A DNA stretch of 30,852 nt from Candidatus Helarchaeota archaeon (GCA_029838215.1 JALGVI010000035.1:1-30852), one strand, 5' to 3'. Positions 9,316-19,660 are shown, counted from the stretch's first letter. A program made the numbers and translations. The notes: generated by a model not told the origin, from the letters alone.

Positions 9316-11274
9316 ATGCCCCTTTCAAGAGAAATTTCAATTTATTTTCCTTATAATAGTCTAAGATTAGGACAAGAGGAAGTAATAAACAAGATAAATC
9401 AGACAGTAAAAAATCAATCTCATTTAATTCTTGAAGCTTCAAATGGATTCGGTAAGACCATATCTAGTTTGGTTGCAATTCTACCTTTTATTAAAGAAAA
9501 TGATTTGAAGATTGTCTATTTATGTCGAACTCATTCACAAAATCAACGCGTAATTGGAGAATTGAAGGAAATCTCAAAAAAACTGGGTAGTGATGGAGAA
9601 TCCATTAAAATCGGAGCCCTGGGTTTGCGTGGCAGGGCTGCCATGTGTTTCCATCCATATGTTTTGGAGAATAACCCTGATTCTGGCACGATCCAACTGA
9701 TTTGTCGTCAAATGCGACGAATGAAACGCTGCAAGCTTTACCTAAATATGGAAAAAAACCCTGGTAACGTGCAGGATTTGTTGAATGAAATCACGCGATT
9801 CCCAATGGATGGGAGCGATCTGATCCAAATATGCAAGGTCTGGGAATTATGCCCCTATGTGATAAGTAAGCAGGCTCTATCTACTGGTGCACTTGATGTT
9901 ATTGCTTGTAATTTTCAATGGATGGTGAATCCCTTCATCCGAGACATTTTTTTGGAAAACTTACAAACAACTCTTGATAAAATCATATTAATTGTCGATG
10001 AAGCTCATAATTTGCCGCGTGTCTCAACTGACGTTGCGTCTAGCACTTTAACGCAATTTGCAAACCGCTTGATGATCAAAGAAGCAAAAGAACTGGACCT
10101 TTCTGAATTCGAAGATTTTGGCAGCGTTGTAGACGATATATTTGCGATATTTCAGAAGAAAAAATCTGAAGAAATGGATGTCTCCCCTGATCTCATAATT
10201 AAAAAATTCAAGGAAATCGGAATCGAAGATCTCCAACGATTTTTTCTTTCAATGATTTCTGAAGGTGAAGAATATAGGAATCATCTATTGTCCCAGAACA
10301 AGTTTCCACGATCATACCTATACTCTTCAGGATCATTTTGGCTTACATTTCTCGAAAAACTTACTAATGATTCGTATTACTATTGTATGAGCAAGGTAGA
10401 AACAAACACGGGAGATCACTCCTTAAAACTAGAAATAATTTCTCTGGATCCCAGTGACTTAATCCGTCCTTTGTTGGATCAGGTTCATTCATCAATTCAC
10501 ATGAGCGGCACCATTAATTTAGAAGCATATCGAGATATTATCAAATTCCCTGATAACACGACCATTTGTTCAATGTCATCGCCTTTTACTCGGGAACAAT
10601 CCATTGTTCTCTGCGTTCGAAACGTATCAACGAAAAATGATGCAAGGACACCCGAGATGTACAAAAGTCTAGTAACATGCTGTGACGAAGCCATCCGAGC
10701 CATTCCTAAGAATGTTGGTATATTCTGTGCGTCTTATGAAGTCTTGAATAATTTATTAAAGCAAGGTCTCAAAGACAAAATTAAAAAAAGCGGCAAAAAA
10801 CTATTTTCGGAACGGATGAATATGACCTCAAAGGAAAATGATGAAATGTTCATTCGATACAAGCGAGAAACCGAAAGAAAAGGAGCAGTCCTATTAGGTG
10901 TTTGCGGTGGACGAAATGCCGAAGGACAGGACTTCCCAGGAGATCTCATGAATGGGAGCATCATCGTTGGCGTGCCCTTTGCTCGCCCAACAAAAAAAAT
11001 TCGCGCAGGAATCAATTATTTTTCAAAATATTGGGGCGAAAATCGAGGAAAAGAACTCGGATATTTTGTTGATGCCTTTCAACGGGCATCGCAGGCTGCA
11101 GGACGACCAATTCGAAAACTTGACGATAAAGGAAGCATTATCTTTTTGGATCAACGATTCGCATCAAGATATTTCAAGCGCTTCTTAAGCTCGTGGCTAC
11201 GCGAGAAAATGCAACTCATTGACAATCAAAATGGAAATATCGAAGCTCACCTAAAAGCCTTCTGGGAAAAATAA
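9316..11274 (+). CDS. xpd: XPD/Rad3/DinG-family Fe-S DNA helicase
   Basis: Q motif (GQ), ASNGFGKT, four Fe-S cysteines, DEAH, MSGT, EGQDF, QAAGRPIR. The paralog assignment (XPD vs Chl1/FancJ-like) is uncertain. Confidence 0.85.
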   Translation: MPLSREISIYFPYNSLRLGQEEVINKINQTVKNQSHLILEASNGFGKTISSLVAILPFIKENDLKIVYLCRTHSQNQRVIGELKEISKKLGSDGESIKIGALGLRGRAAMCFHPYVLENNPDSGTIQLICRQMRRMKRCKLYLNMEKNPGNVQDLLNEITRFPMDGSDLIQICKVWELCPYVISKQALSTGALDVIACNFQWMVNPFIRDIFLENLQTTLDKIILIVDEAHNLPRVSTDVASSTLTQFANRLMIKEAKELDLSEFEDFGSVVDDIFAIFQKKKSEEMDVSPDLIIKKFKEIGIEDLQRFFLSMISEGEEYRNHLLSQNKFPRSYLYSSGSFWLTFLEKLTNDSYYYCMSKVETNTGDHSLKLEIISLDPSDLIRPLLDQVHSSIHMSGTINLEAYRDIIKFPDNTTICSMSSPFTREQSIVLCVRNVSTKNDARTPEMYKSLVTCCDEAIRAIPKNVGIFCASYEVLNNLLKQGLKDKIKKSGKKLFSERMNMTSKENDEMFIRYKRETERKGAVLLGVCGGRNAEGQDFPGDLMNGSIIVGVPFARPTKKIRAGINYFSKYWGENRGKELGYFVDAFQRASQAAGRPIRKLDDKGSIIFLDQRFASRYFKRFLSSWLREKMQLIDNQNGNIEAHLKAFWEK

Positions 11275-11290
11275 AAAAATGAGTTTTTTT
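11273..11290. terminator. Putative bidirectional T-tract terminator between convergent helicase and ahcY
   Basis: A7 at 11273-11279 and T7 at 11284-11290 in a 23-nt gap. Confidence 0.4.
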
Positions 11291-11297
11291 AAGAGAT

Positions 11298-12563
11298 TTA
11301 AGTGCCTTCATCCCATGAGGATAAATACTTTTCTTGTTCAGAAGTCAATTCATCAATTGAAATTCCCATTGCAGCAAGTTTTAAGCTAGCAACTATGTCA
11401 TCAACTTCTTTCGGCAGCACGTGAACTTTCACTTGAAGTGATTTCCCCTTCTTGATCATTTCTTCTACTGCCAGTGCTTGATTTGCAAAACTCATGTCCA
11501 TGACCTCACTCGGATGTCCCTCCGCAGCAGCCAAATTCACCAACCTGCCTTCAGCAAGGAGGATTAAAGTCTTGCCATTTTTTAGAGTATATTGAACGAG
11601 GTTCGGACGCAGAGTTTTCGTGCTTGTAGTCATTGATTCAAGTGCCGGAATGTTAATTTCCACGTTGAAATGACCGGAATTACACATGATGGCGCCATCC
11701 TTCATCAATTTTATGTGTTTTTTATCAATGACATGTTTATCTCCCGTTGAAGTAATGAAAAGATCACCTATCTTAGCAGCTTCAATTAGCGGCATTACTT
11801 GGAATCCATCATATAGTGCTTGTAATGCCCTTACCGGATTAACTTCCGTCACGATTGTATTTGCACCCAATCCTCGAGCTCGAGTGGCAATACCTTTAGA
11901 GCATTGACCATACCCTACAACAACAACGGACTTTCCTGCAATCAAAATTGCCGTAGCACGCAAAATACCGTCTATCGTACTCTGACCCGTACCGTAATGA
12001 TTATCAAAAAGCCGTTTTGTTGCTGAATCATTAACAGCAAAGACAGGATATTTTAAAGCACCGTCTTCATGCATGGCTCTGAGGCGGATTACACCTGTAG
12101 TTGTTTCTTCACATCCACCGATGATGTCATTCAGTAATTCAGTTCTTTTAGAATGTACGGTTGAAATAAGGTCAGCACCATCATCTAATGTCACGTGCGG
12201 TTTAATGTCTAATGCCTTATTTAAGCACCAATAGTACTCTTCCGTATTTTGTTCTCGAAATGCGTATACGTTCATTCCAGATTTGGCAAGTGATGCCGCT
12301 ACCGCATCATTAGTCGAAAGTGGATTAGAAGCAGTAAGTGCAACATCAGCTCCGCCAGCTACGAGTGTCCTAATCAAGACAGCCGTTTCTTTTGTTACGT
12401 GTAAGCATGCCGCAACCCTCATGCCTTTTAAAGGTTTTTCCTTTTCAAAACGCTCCCGAATTTTAATCAAAACGGGCATGTTTTTTTCTGCCCATTCTAT
12501 CAAGAGATCCCCTTCGGGGGCTAAATCAATGTCTTTTACTTTATAATCAGCCATTTTCATCAT
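11298..12563 (-). CDS. ahcY: Adenosylhomocysteinase
   Basis: CLHVTKETA, SNPLST, DDGAD, EETTTG, KRLFDNHYGTGQS, GHFNVEI, LAEGRLVNL, GHPSEVMDMSF. Confidence 0.98.
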   Translation of the reverse strand: MMKMADYKVKDIDLAPEGDLLIEWAEKNMPVLIKIRERFEKEKPLKGMRVAACLHVTKETAVLIRTLVAGGADVALTASNPLSTNDAVAASLAKSGMNVYAFREQNTEEYYWCLNKALDIKPHVTLDDGADLISTVHSKRTELLNDIIGGCEETTTGVIRLRAMHEDGALKYPVFAVNDSATKRLFDNHYGTGQSTIDGILRATAILIAGKSVVVVGYGQCSKGIATRARGLGANTIVTEVNPVRALQALYDGFQVMPLIEAAKIGDLFITSTGDKHVIDKKHIKLMKDGAIMCNSGHFNVEINIPALESMTTSTKTLRPNLVQYTLKNGKTLILLAEGRLVNLAAAEGHPSEVMDMSFANQALAVEEMIKKGKSLQVKVHVLPKEVDDIVASLKLAAMGISIDELTSEQEKYLSSWDEGT

Positions 12564-12679
12564 CTTTTTTGTATCAATACATTTTATGCTGTCTTTTAAA
12601 TATTTTTATATAGGATGTAAATAATTATAGAGTTAAAACATTCAATTTAGCAAAGAACTAGGCAAAATGAAAAATTCTG

Positions 12680-13597
12680 TTGATGAAAATCATGCTGAAA
12701 ACAAAAGATAAGGACCTGATAAAGCACCTAAATGAGGATTCATGGAAGAAAAATACCGCTTTAGCTAATGAACTAGGCATCACGCGGATGACTTTGCTAA
12801 ATCGAATAAAGAAATTAATTGATAATGAAATTTTGCTTAAATATACGATAATGGTTAATCCCTACTTATATTCAAAGAAAGTTTTTTACGAAATCAAGAC
12901 AAACCCACGCGAACCTGAGGTCTTGGACACGCTAAGAAAATTGCAATTTGAGGCCCTTGAAGGCATCATTGGCGATTATTCATTGATCATAAAACAGAAC
13001 TTCTGGAAGGATCAAGACTTCCTTCATAATCTGAATACAATGGATCAGCTAAATGTAGAGAATTACCGCTTGATTGAAATCTTTAGGACTTATAAGGAAC
13101 ATGGGCAGATTTTTCTTGAAAAACAACAATCTCAGATGAAACTTGGAGATCTGGATGTTAAAATCTTACAAGGTCTGAAAAACCAGGGAAAAGGACGAGG
13201 GAATACATCCGAATTGGCTAAAAGAATTGGAATACCCCAATCAACTATTTATAAAAAAATAAATGATTTTAGAAAAAAAAATCTTATAAAATTTAATATC
13301 TCTATTAATCCACTTGTTTTAGATTATAAAATTAAGTTTTATATGAGGATCAAGGTAGAGCCAGGATGCATTGAACGCGTGGTGAATGGTATTAGAGAAC
13401 ATCCCCAAGTCACGGATTTGTTTCGAACAGGAGAGAATTATGGCTTGTTATCAATCATAAGAGCAAGAACCATCGATGAGTTTAACATTATCATTAATGA
13501 ATTATACGAAAAAAACCCGATCAGCGATACCAGAACTACACTCGTACTCAATGGACTACACGATAACTATTTCTTCCCAAGTACTTTAATTCAATAG
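12680..13597 (+). CDS. Tandem (double) Lrp/AsnC-family transcriptional regulator
   Basis: Two HTH + RAM units (LANELGITRMTLLNRIKKL; LAKRIGIPQSTIYKKI..TGENYGLL). Divergent from ahcY. Confidence 0.85.
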   Translation: MMKIMLKTKDKDLIKHLNEDSWKKNTALANELGITRMTLLNRIKKLIDNEILLKYTIMVNPYLYSKKVFYEIKTNPREPEVLDTLRKLQFEALEGIIGDYSLIIKQNFWKDQDFLHNLNTMDQLNVENYRLIEIFRTYKEHGQIFLEKQQSQMKLGDLDVKILQGLKNQGKGRGNTSELAKRIGIPQSTIYKKINDFRKKNLIKFNISINPLVLDYKIKFYMRIKVEPGCIERVVNGIREHPQVTDLFRTGENYGLLSIIRARTIDEFNIIINELYEKNPISDTRTTLVLNGLHDNYFFPSTLIQ

Positions 13598-13618
13598 TAA
13601 TAAAAAATAAGAATTGCC

Positions 13619-14341
13619 TCAAGCACCAGTGCTAATCAATTTTTTTAGCTCAACTATCTTGGAAAGCCTCATTCTTCCTTTAAGACGGTCATTATTTTCA
13701 CAGACTGCACCCCGCACGCCAATTATATCAGGTCTTAATTGTTGAAGTGCTGGCACGTGGATCGCTCCAATAGAACCTGCAAGTGCTGTTTGGATTCCTG
13801 CTTCACGAGCTCCGTCAAGAAATTCTTGTAGCTTGGACATGGAAAGAAAATCAAACAAGTTTTTGCCGTCTTTCATTCCCGTATCAACCATTACTACATT
13901 AGCATCCGCTTGACGGGCGATTTCTGGTAATAATAGCGGATTCAAAGTGTGGAATCTTTCTGAATCAGCATATCCTGCCACGACAACTTGTACGGAAGCA
14001 TTATATTCCTTCACCGTTCGAATTACTGTTTTCATTAACTTGATGGCAGCATCTTGCGTTTGAGGTCCCTTTAATCCAACCTTGATATAATCGACATTAC
14101 AAGTAGCCGCACCAAGAGCCGCAAGAGCTGCCGTTCCTGGCAAATCTGGGACATCACCAATGGTTGCACTTAATTTCTGATGATTATTTTGATGAACGAG
14201 TTGTTCAATGGGTCTAATCACCCACGAAAAGTTGGCTCCAAGGCTTCCTTCCTCTGGATTCTTAACATCAATGATGTCTGCTTGACCTTTAATGGCAATC
14301 TTAGCTTCTTCAACTGTAAAGGGTGAAACCAACAGCTTCAT
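13619..14341 (-). CDS. mfnB: 4-HFC-P synthase (methanofuran biosynthesis)
   Basis: MKLLVSP, ADIIDVKNPEEGSLGANF, SATIGD, DYIKVGL, VAGYAD, MVDTGMKDGK, ALAGS, PDIIGVRGAVC. Confidence 0.92.
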   Translation of the reverse strand: MKLLVSPFTVEEAKIAIKGQADIIDVKNPEEGSLGANFSWVIRPIEQLVHQNNHQKLSATIGDVPDLPGTAALAALGAATCNVDYIKVGLKGPQTQDAAIKLMKTVIRTVKEYNASVQVVVAGYADSERFHTLNPLLLPEIARQADANVVMVDTGMKDGKNLFDFLSMSKLQEFLDGAREAGIQTALAGSIGAIHVPALQQLRPDIIGVRGAVCENNDRLKGRMRLSKIVELKKLISTGA

Positions 14342-14550
14342 TCCAATTCGGTTTCTCCTTCCATGATCATTTTTTTATTAGATAATCATGAATTATCGAA
14401 GTAATTTATAAAAAAGATTTTCCATACTATAACAGATGGATTGCAGAGGATTTTTCAAAAAATAAATCGGGAGTCGTGTAACTTACTTGTAACTCACAAT
14501 TATAAGAAGGACCATTGAAATAAGGATAAGAACATATTGGAGACTTAATA

Positions 14551-15078
14551 ATGGTTGAAGATAGAAAAAAATTCCCATTCAAGATCGTTGTTGTCGGAGA
14601 TCCAGCAGTAGGCAAGACATCTATCGTGCGGAGATTTGCCGATGATCAATTTGAAGAATCATATATCCATACGATCGGTGCGGATTTCAACGTTAAAGTC
14701 GTTAAATTAGGGGATTTAGAAATCATTCTCACGGTCTGGGATATTGGCGGTCATGAACATTTTAATGAGATCAGACCGTATTATTATGAAGGTGCCCATG
14801 CTGCAATTTGTGTTTTTGACCTAACTATGGAAAAGTCGTTTAAAAGCATTCCAAAATGGTTTAAAGATTTACGAGAATATTTACCTGAAGTTCCCTGCAT
14901 TTTGATCGGGAATAAGGCCGACTTGGATCATGAAAATAATGAAGAGAAAATCAAAAAGCTCATTAATGAATTTAAATTCGACTTTTATTCAAGAACCTCC
15001 GCAAAAACGTCTGAAAACGTTTCTAAAACGTTTGAAAAATTAGCAGAAATCTGCATGGAATATTACATAAATCAGTGA
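14551..15078 (+). CDS. Rab/Ras-like small GTPase
   Basis: G1 GDPAVGKT, G2 TIGADF, G3 WDIGG, G4 NKAD, G5 TSAK. No C-terminal prenylation motif. Confidence 0.93.
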   Translation: MVEDRKKFPFKIVVVGDPAVGKTSIVRRFADDQFEESYIHTIGADFNVKVVKLGDLEIILTVWDIGGHEHFNEIRPYYYEGAHAAICVFDLTMEKSFKSIPKWFKDLREYLPEVPCILIGNKADLDHENNEEKIKKLINEFKFDFYSRTSAKTSENVSKTFEKLAEICMEYYINQ

Positions 15079-15085
15079 GATTAGA

Positions 15086-16099
15086 ATGGCAACTGTTTTT
15101 GAACGTTTAGAAGAAAAAATGGAACAGATCATGAGAGTCTTGGAAAAAGTTATGAGTTCTCAGGAGGACACGTTAAAGATAATTGAAACAATGCAGAAAG
15201 AAACTAATCAGCTCCGTGCTGAAATGGAGCAATTACAAAGTTCAAGCACAGGTGAAGCCAGCATAAAATATGTTTCGGACGAATCCGAAAAATTAGAACA
15301 AAGAATGGCCGAATATTTCAACAATTTTTCTGATTTAATGGGATCAAAGATAGATGAATTATTAGAAGAATTTGAAAATCTCAAGAAAGCATCATTACCT
15401 TCAGGAAAAGAATTACCCGATATTTCAAGCTTTAAAAAGGAAGTTGAACGGTCGAGAGATGAATTGAAAATCGTAAATGACAATTTGCTCAGCCTACAAG
15501 ACGGGATTGGGTTCATTAGCAACTCACTTAATCAAATGAGAAGAGAAATCGCAAGCATTAAAAACATTCAAGTTCAAGCCGCAAAAATAGAAGAACCACT
15601 CGTTGAAGCAAAACCTGAAGAAATTCCCAGCATTAAAGATGAAAGAATCGAAAGTAAGCCAACTCTTGTAGAAACAATCTATAAAGGAGCAATAAGGACG
15701 GCAAAACCTAAAAAAATCGGAACTGAACCGGAATCCGCTACTCCCAGCCCTGTCGTCAAACAGATGTACATGGAAACCATTAAATCATTGCATGAAATAA
15801 AATCCGTGTCTCCTGGATCCATTAAAAGAAAAGAAGTTCCCCAAGAAGTTTTTGATCTTCTTGATAGTATTAAACCAAAAATACAGCTTCCTGCTCAAGA
15901 TTTAGCACGTTTCTTGGAATTCATTCGGGATAAAATCGTCAAGGTTTTTAAATTTCATCCAGCGCTATACGAATTGGGGACTTTTGCTCGAAAAATTAAA
16001 AAGTATCCCGTGGCCGCACCATTAGACGATGACATCAAGAACCTCTTGGAAGATAAAATTACAGAATGGAAAAAACGTATAAGCGGATACGCGATTTAG
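15086..16099 (+). CDS. Hypothetical coiled-coil protein with Pro-rich linker and C-terminal helical domain
   Basis: Heptad-like E/K/L-rich first ~165 aa; P/E/K linker; ~80-aa helical C-terminus. Tightly coupled to the GTPase gene. Confidence 0.7.
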   Translation: MATVFERLEEKMEQIMRVLEKVMSSQEDTLKIIETMQKETNQLRAEMEQLQSSSTGEASIKYVSDESEKLEQRMAEYFNNFSDLMGSKIDELLEEFENLKKASLPSGKELPDISSFKKEVERSRDELKIVNDNLLSLQDGIGFISNSLNQMRREIASIKNIQVQAAKIEEPLVEAKPEEIPSIKDERIESKPTLVETIYKGAIRTAKPKKIGTEPESATPSPVVKQMYMETIKSLHEIKSVSPGSIKRKEVPQEVFDLLDSIKPKIQLPAQDLARFLEFIRDKIVKVFKFHPALYELGTFARKIKKYPVAAPLDDDIKNLLEDKITEWKKRISGYAI

Positions 16100-16103
16100 A
16101 CCA

Positions 16104-16907
16104 ATGAAAGACATAAAAGCATTTATAAGCATAGATAGAGCTCTTTATCATACACCTCTTGAAAAAATTTATCAAAAGGCCGCGGAACTACGGGTTAAAG
16201 GACTTGAAATCCAACTAGAACATCCCGAACTCTGGAAACTCTATCCTGATCGAGTTGTCAAGTATCTCATTGACTTGAGTTCGAGTTATAATTTTTCATT
16301 TACAATTCATTCCCCAATCAAAGATCTGAATATATCAAGTTATAACAAGGCAATAAGACGTGCCTCACTCGAAGAATTAAAACGAACATTGGATATTGGA
16401 AACGCATTAAATGTCGATTATATCTTGATGCATCTGGGAAAAAATTCCTTTGTTTCACAAAGCCAGATGTCCAGAAACTATAAAAAAACTGCTATTTCTC
16501 ATTCTATTAATGCAATAAACGAATTAATTCAATACTGCCCTGGTGTCGTGCTTACAATTGAGAATATGACATGGTCCGAATGGCGCCTTTCATCAAAAAT
16601 CAAGTTTCTTGAGGTTTTTTACCAGAATGTTCCCGACTCTGTAAAATTCACTCTGGACATCCAACATGCTCAAGAAAGGAGTGATGTCTATGTCCTGAGG
16701 TTTTACGAGCGCTTTAAAGACCGCTTGATTTCCATCCATTTTGGTAACGTTTCTAAACAAAAACGCTTTCTAAAGAAGTTTCTAGAAAATTCTACAGGTC
16801 AATATTTCATTCTCGAACCGCATTCCTTACCGTTAAGCGCAAAACAAGAGCATATTTTTCCGTTAATAGAAGAAAATATTGGAAAATTAATGCAACTTTC
16901 AATGTAA
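16104..16907 (+). CDS. Sugar phosphate isomerase/epimerase / AP endonuclease 2-family TIM barrel
   Basis: TIHSPIKDLNISS, LMHLG, IENM, FTLDIQHA, IH motifs. Confidence 0.75.
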   Translation: MKDIKAFISIDRALYHTPLEKIYQKAAELRVKGLEIQLEHPELWKLYPDRVVKYLIDLSSSYNFSFTIHSPIKDLNISSYNKAIRRASLEELKRTLDIGNALNVDYILMHLGKNSFVSQSQMSRNYKKTAISHSINAINELIQYCPGVVLTIENMTWSEWRLSSKIKFLEVFYQNVPDSVKFTLDIQHAQERSDVYVLRFYERFKDRLISIHFGNVSKQKRFLKKFLENSTGQYFILEPHSLPLSAKQEHIFPLIEENIGKLMQLSM

Positions 16908-17187
16908 CAAAAAAACACGATAAAAACGATTCATAATTCAAGAAAACTGCAATATCCTGATTTTCTTGCTTGAATTTAGAATACCAAAACAAATAGCTTT
17001 AAATTTAGATGCAAAAGAAATATATGATAAATCATTCTTAATATGAAGTACTCTCAAAAAAGCAATTTAAAAGCAAAATACTTCGTCAAAAACAGGCTAA
17101 ATCAAGTCCATTTCATTTGGACGAATTTTTACCTGATTTTGATTCAAATTGGTTTTAATATACAACTAAAATAAGGAAGGCGTAACA

Positions 17188-17826
17188 ATGGGAATTGGAA
17201 AAGCATTTGGACTGGGATTATTAATATACATGGGATTAAATTTTCTCTCACACATGCTGCTCTTGCTTCTTTCAGGGATTACAGCACCAATACTGTTCTT
17301 CATTGGTTTCATGACAAACCCGATTAATTCAATTATCGATTTGATTACTATCTTGCTCGTTGGTCCTATTTATACTACAACTTTGATAGGAGCCCAAAAT
17401 AGCACGTTAATCCCTGCTGGAATGGCTATATATACGCACGTCGAAAGCATAATGACTGCTGGCTCAACTTTGAGCGTTTTGAACCTATTCACGAGCATCT
17501 TCAATTTGATTATCGCTATCGCACAACTCTTAATCTGGCTCATGCCATATCTGGTGACTTCGATCGTGGTTGGTTATTTCTCTGGATCAGCTGGCAATGG
17601 ATTTGCAAGCTGGTTTTTACTCATGGTGATTGTAGTGATCGTTTCTCTCGTTTTGGGTCTCGTACTGGTAATAATAACGGGGATTGCGACACTTGTCTCT
17701 AGCATGATACTTGGTCTTCAGACAATGGTTTTAAAACTTGTACTTTACGGCATTCCGGCGATTCTAGTGAACTCGTGTTTTTGGGGCGTCATTTGCATCG
17801 GTGGCGGCTTCAAGTGGGAAGAATAA
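17188..17826 (+). CDS. Hypothetical multi-pass membrane protein
   Basis: Several long hydrophobic stretches; SD-like AAGGAAGG upstream; T-tract downstream. Confidence 0.75.
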   Translation: MGIGKAFGLGLLIYMGLNFLSHMLLLLLSGITAPILFFIGFMTNPINSIIDLITILLVGPIYTTTLIGAQNSTLIPAGMAIYTHVESIMTAGSTLSVLNLFTSIFNLIIAIAQLLIWLMPYLVTSIVVGYFSGSAGNGFASWFLLMVIVVIVSLVLGLVLVIITGIATLVSSMILGLQTMVLKLVLYGIPAILVNSCFWGVICIGGGFKWEE

Positions 17827-17911
17827 TAGCTAAATAATTCCTTTTTTTCTTTTTCTTTTATTTTACCGCAAAATTTTATCCTTCAAACCAAAATGACCAT
17901 TATTATTGGAT

Positions 17912-19528
17912 CTAATGGATCGATCTTTCCTTTCCTTCCCAATATTTCTTACGAAGATCCTTTTTCAAGATCTTGCCCTGGGCACTTTTAGGCAATGATC
18001 GTCTAAACTTGATGGATTTTGGTGCTTTGTAACGAGCAATTTGATCCTTGACGTGCACAATGAGCTCTTCTTCAGTAATATCTTCGCCTTTTTTATATCC
18101 TTTCTTCAAGACTACGATTGCATGAACGGCTTCTCCCCATCGTTCATCTGGAATTCCAATAACGGCACATTCTAACACGGCAGGATGCGTGTAGATGGCA
18201 TCTTCCACCTCTTTGGAGTAAATGTTTTCCCCACCTGAAATGATCATGTCCTTTCTCCTGTCCACGCAATATATGTATCCGTCTTCGTCCATTCGCCCCA
18301 TGTCTCCCGTAAATAACCATCCATTTTTTATGGTCTGAGCCGTTTTCTCGGGCTGTTTCCAATAACCAAGCATCATGCCATCTCCTCGTGCAATGATTTC
18401 ACCTACTTCACCTGGCTTCACGTCATTGCCATTAACATCAACTATCCTAATATCCGTAGCAATTAAGGCTCTTCCTGCAGCCGTTAAAAGATACTCATTT
18501 CCAGGCTCGAGTGCCTTCCGGTGATCATCTGGTTCAAGCACTGCCATCACTGGACTATATTCCGTCTGTCCAAAATATTGATAAAAATCCGCATTTGGAA
18601 ACATGTCGAGAGCTTTTCTTAAAACCGATGGAGCCATTGGAGAAGCCCCATAAACAATCATCTTTATATTTGGCAAATATTCTCTATATTCTTCAATTTC
18701 AGGTGAATTAAGTAGTAAATTCAACATGGTCGGAACCAATCCGAACCCAATACATTCGTGTTTCACTAATGCACTTAAAAACTCTTTAGTAACGAATTGA
18801 TCCTGAACGATTATTGTATATCCTGATTGGACTGCTTGCATGGCAGAAATATTTGCTGCGGCATGAAATAGCGGCAGCGCGACCAAAATTCGTTCTTTTC
18901 CAGGCTCTATTTTTTGGGTGTTCAGTGCTATAGTAGCCAAATTATTCTGGAGAAGATTAAAATGGCTGAGCATGACCCCCTTTGGAAGCCCGGTCGTTCC
19001 TCCTGTATACATCAAGTATGCCATGTCCATGTTCGAAATGGGCTCCGAAGGAACCGGCTCTTCTTTCGAATAATTCCGAGCTAAATCATCGAAATTCTTG
19101 TATTCCGATGGAACTCCCGTCCCATCTTGGTCATAAACGATGATGTGGTGAATTTTCTTGCATTGCTCATTAATCGTATCAACATGATATAATAAATTAT
19201 TGCTAATGATCAGGACGTTTGCTCCACAATTGTTTAAAATATAGGCAATTTCTTTCTTTGATGACATGTAGTTAATGGGAACTACTGTTGCAATCTTCGT
19301 GATTCCGTAATAACTCGTTAGAATTGCATCAGAGTTGTATAATAAGAGAGCCACGCGATCTCCTTTCTTCACGCCGAGGTTTTGTAGGGCATGTGCCAAG
19401 GAATTGGCTCTTTCATTCAATTGTTGCCATGTTAAAACTCGCTCTTTAAAAATAACGGCAACTCTGTTTTTCAAGTGCGGCTGGCGACCGCATCGTGCAC
19501 AACAATCTCCAATCAACACGAAAATCAT
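17912..19528 (-). CDS. Long-chain fatty acid--CoA ligase (AMP-binding)
   Basis: GDRVALLLYN, YTGGTTGLPKG, PLFHA, YGASPM, FGQTE, TGDMG, DRRKDMIISGGENIY, KILK. Confidence 0.93.
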   Translation of the reverse strand: MIFVLIGDCCARCGRQPHLKNRVAVIFKERVLTWQQLNERANSLAHALQNLGVKKGDRVALLLYNSDAILTSYYGITKIATVVPINYMSSKKEIAYILNNCGANVLIISNNLLYHVDTINEQCKKIHHIIVYDQDGTGVPSEYKNFDDLARNYSKEEPVPSEPISNMDMAYLMYTGGTTGLPKGVMLSHFNLLQNNLATIALNTQKIEPGKERILVALPLFHAAANISAMQAVQSGYTIIVQDQFVTKEFLSALVKHECIGFGLVPTMLNLLLNSPEIEEYREYLPNIKMIVYGASPMAPSVLRKALDMFPNADFYQYFGQTEYSPVMAVLEPDDHRKALEPGNEYLLTAAGRALIATDIRIVDVNGNDVKPGEVGEIIARGDGMMLGYWKQPEKTAQTIKNGWLFTGDMGRMDEDGYIYCVDRRKDMIISGGENIYSKEVEDAIYTHPAVLECAVIGIPDERWGEAVHAIVVLKKGYKKGEDITEEELIVHVKDQIARYKAPKSIKFRRSLPKSAQGKILKKDLRKKYWEGKERSIH

Positions 19529-19561
19529 TTCCTGATATCGAGCTCTGTCTAGAGAAAAAAG

Positions 19562-19660
19562 TGGCGCCCCCGCCGGAATTTGAACCCGGGTCCCAGGAGA
19601 TCTGCTCTGATTTAACAGAATGACAGTCCTGGATGATAGACCGAGCTACACTACGAGGGC
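19562..19660 (-). tRNA. tRNA-Asp(GTC) with 21-nt intron at 37/38; CCA encoded
   Basis: Full cloverleaf: GCCCTCG/CGGGGGC acceptor, CAGGA/TCCTG anticodon stem, TTCAAAT T-loop. T6 tract downstream. Confidence 0.96.
19600..19620 (-). other. tRNA-Asp intron (canonical BHB)
   Basis: Central helix CTGT/GCAG, bulges CAT and ATC, intron stem TCTG/CAGA. Confidence 0.92.
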
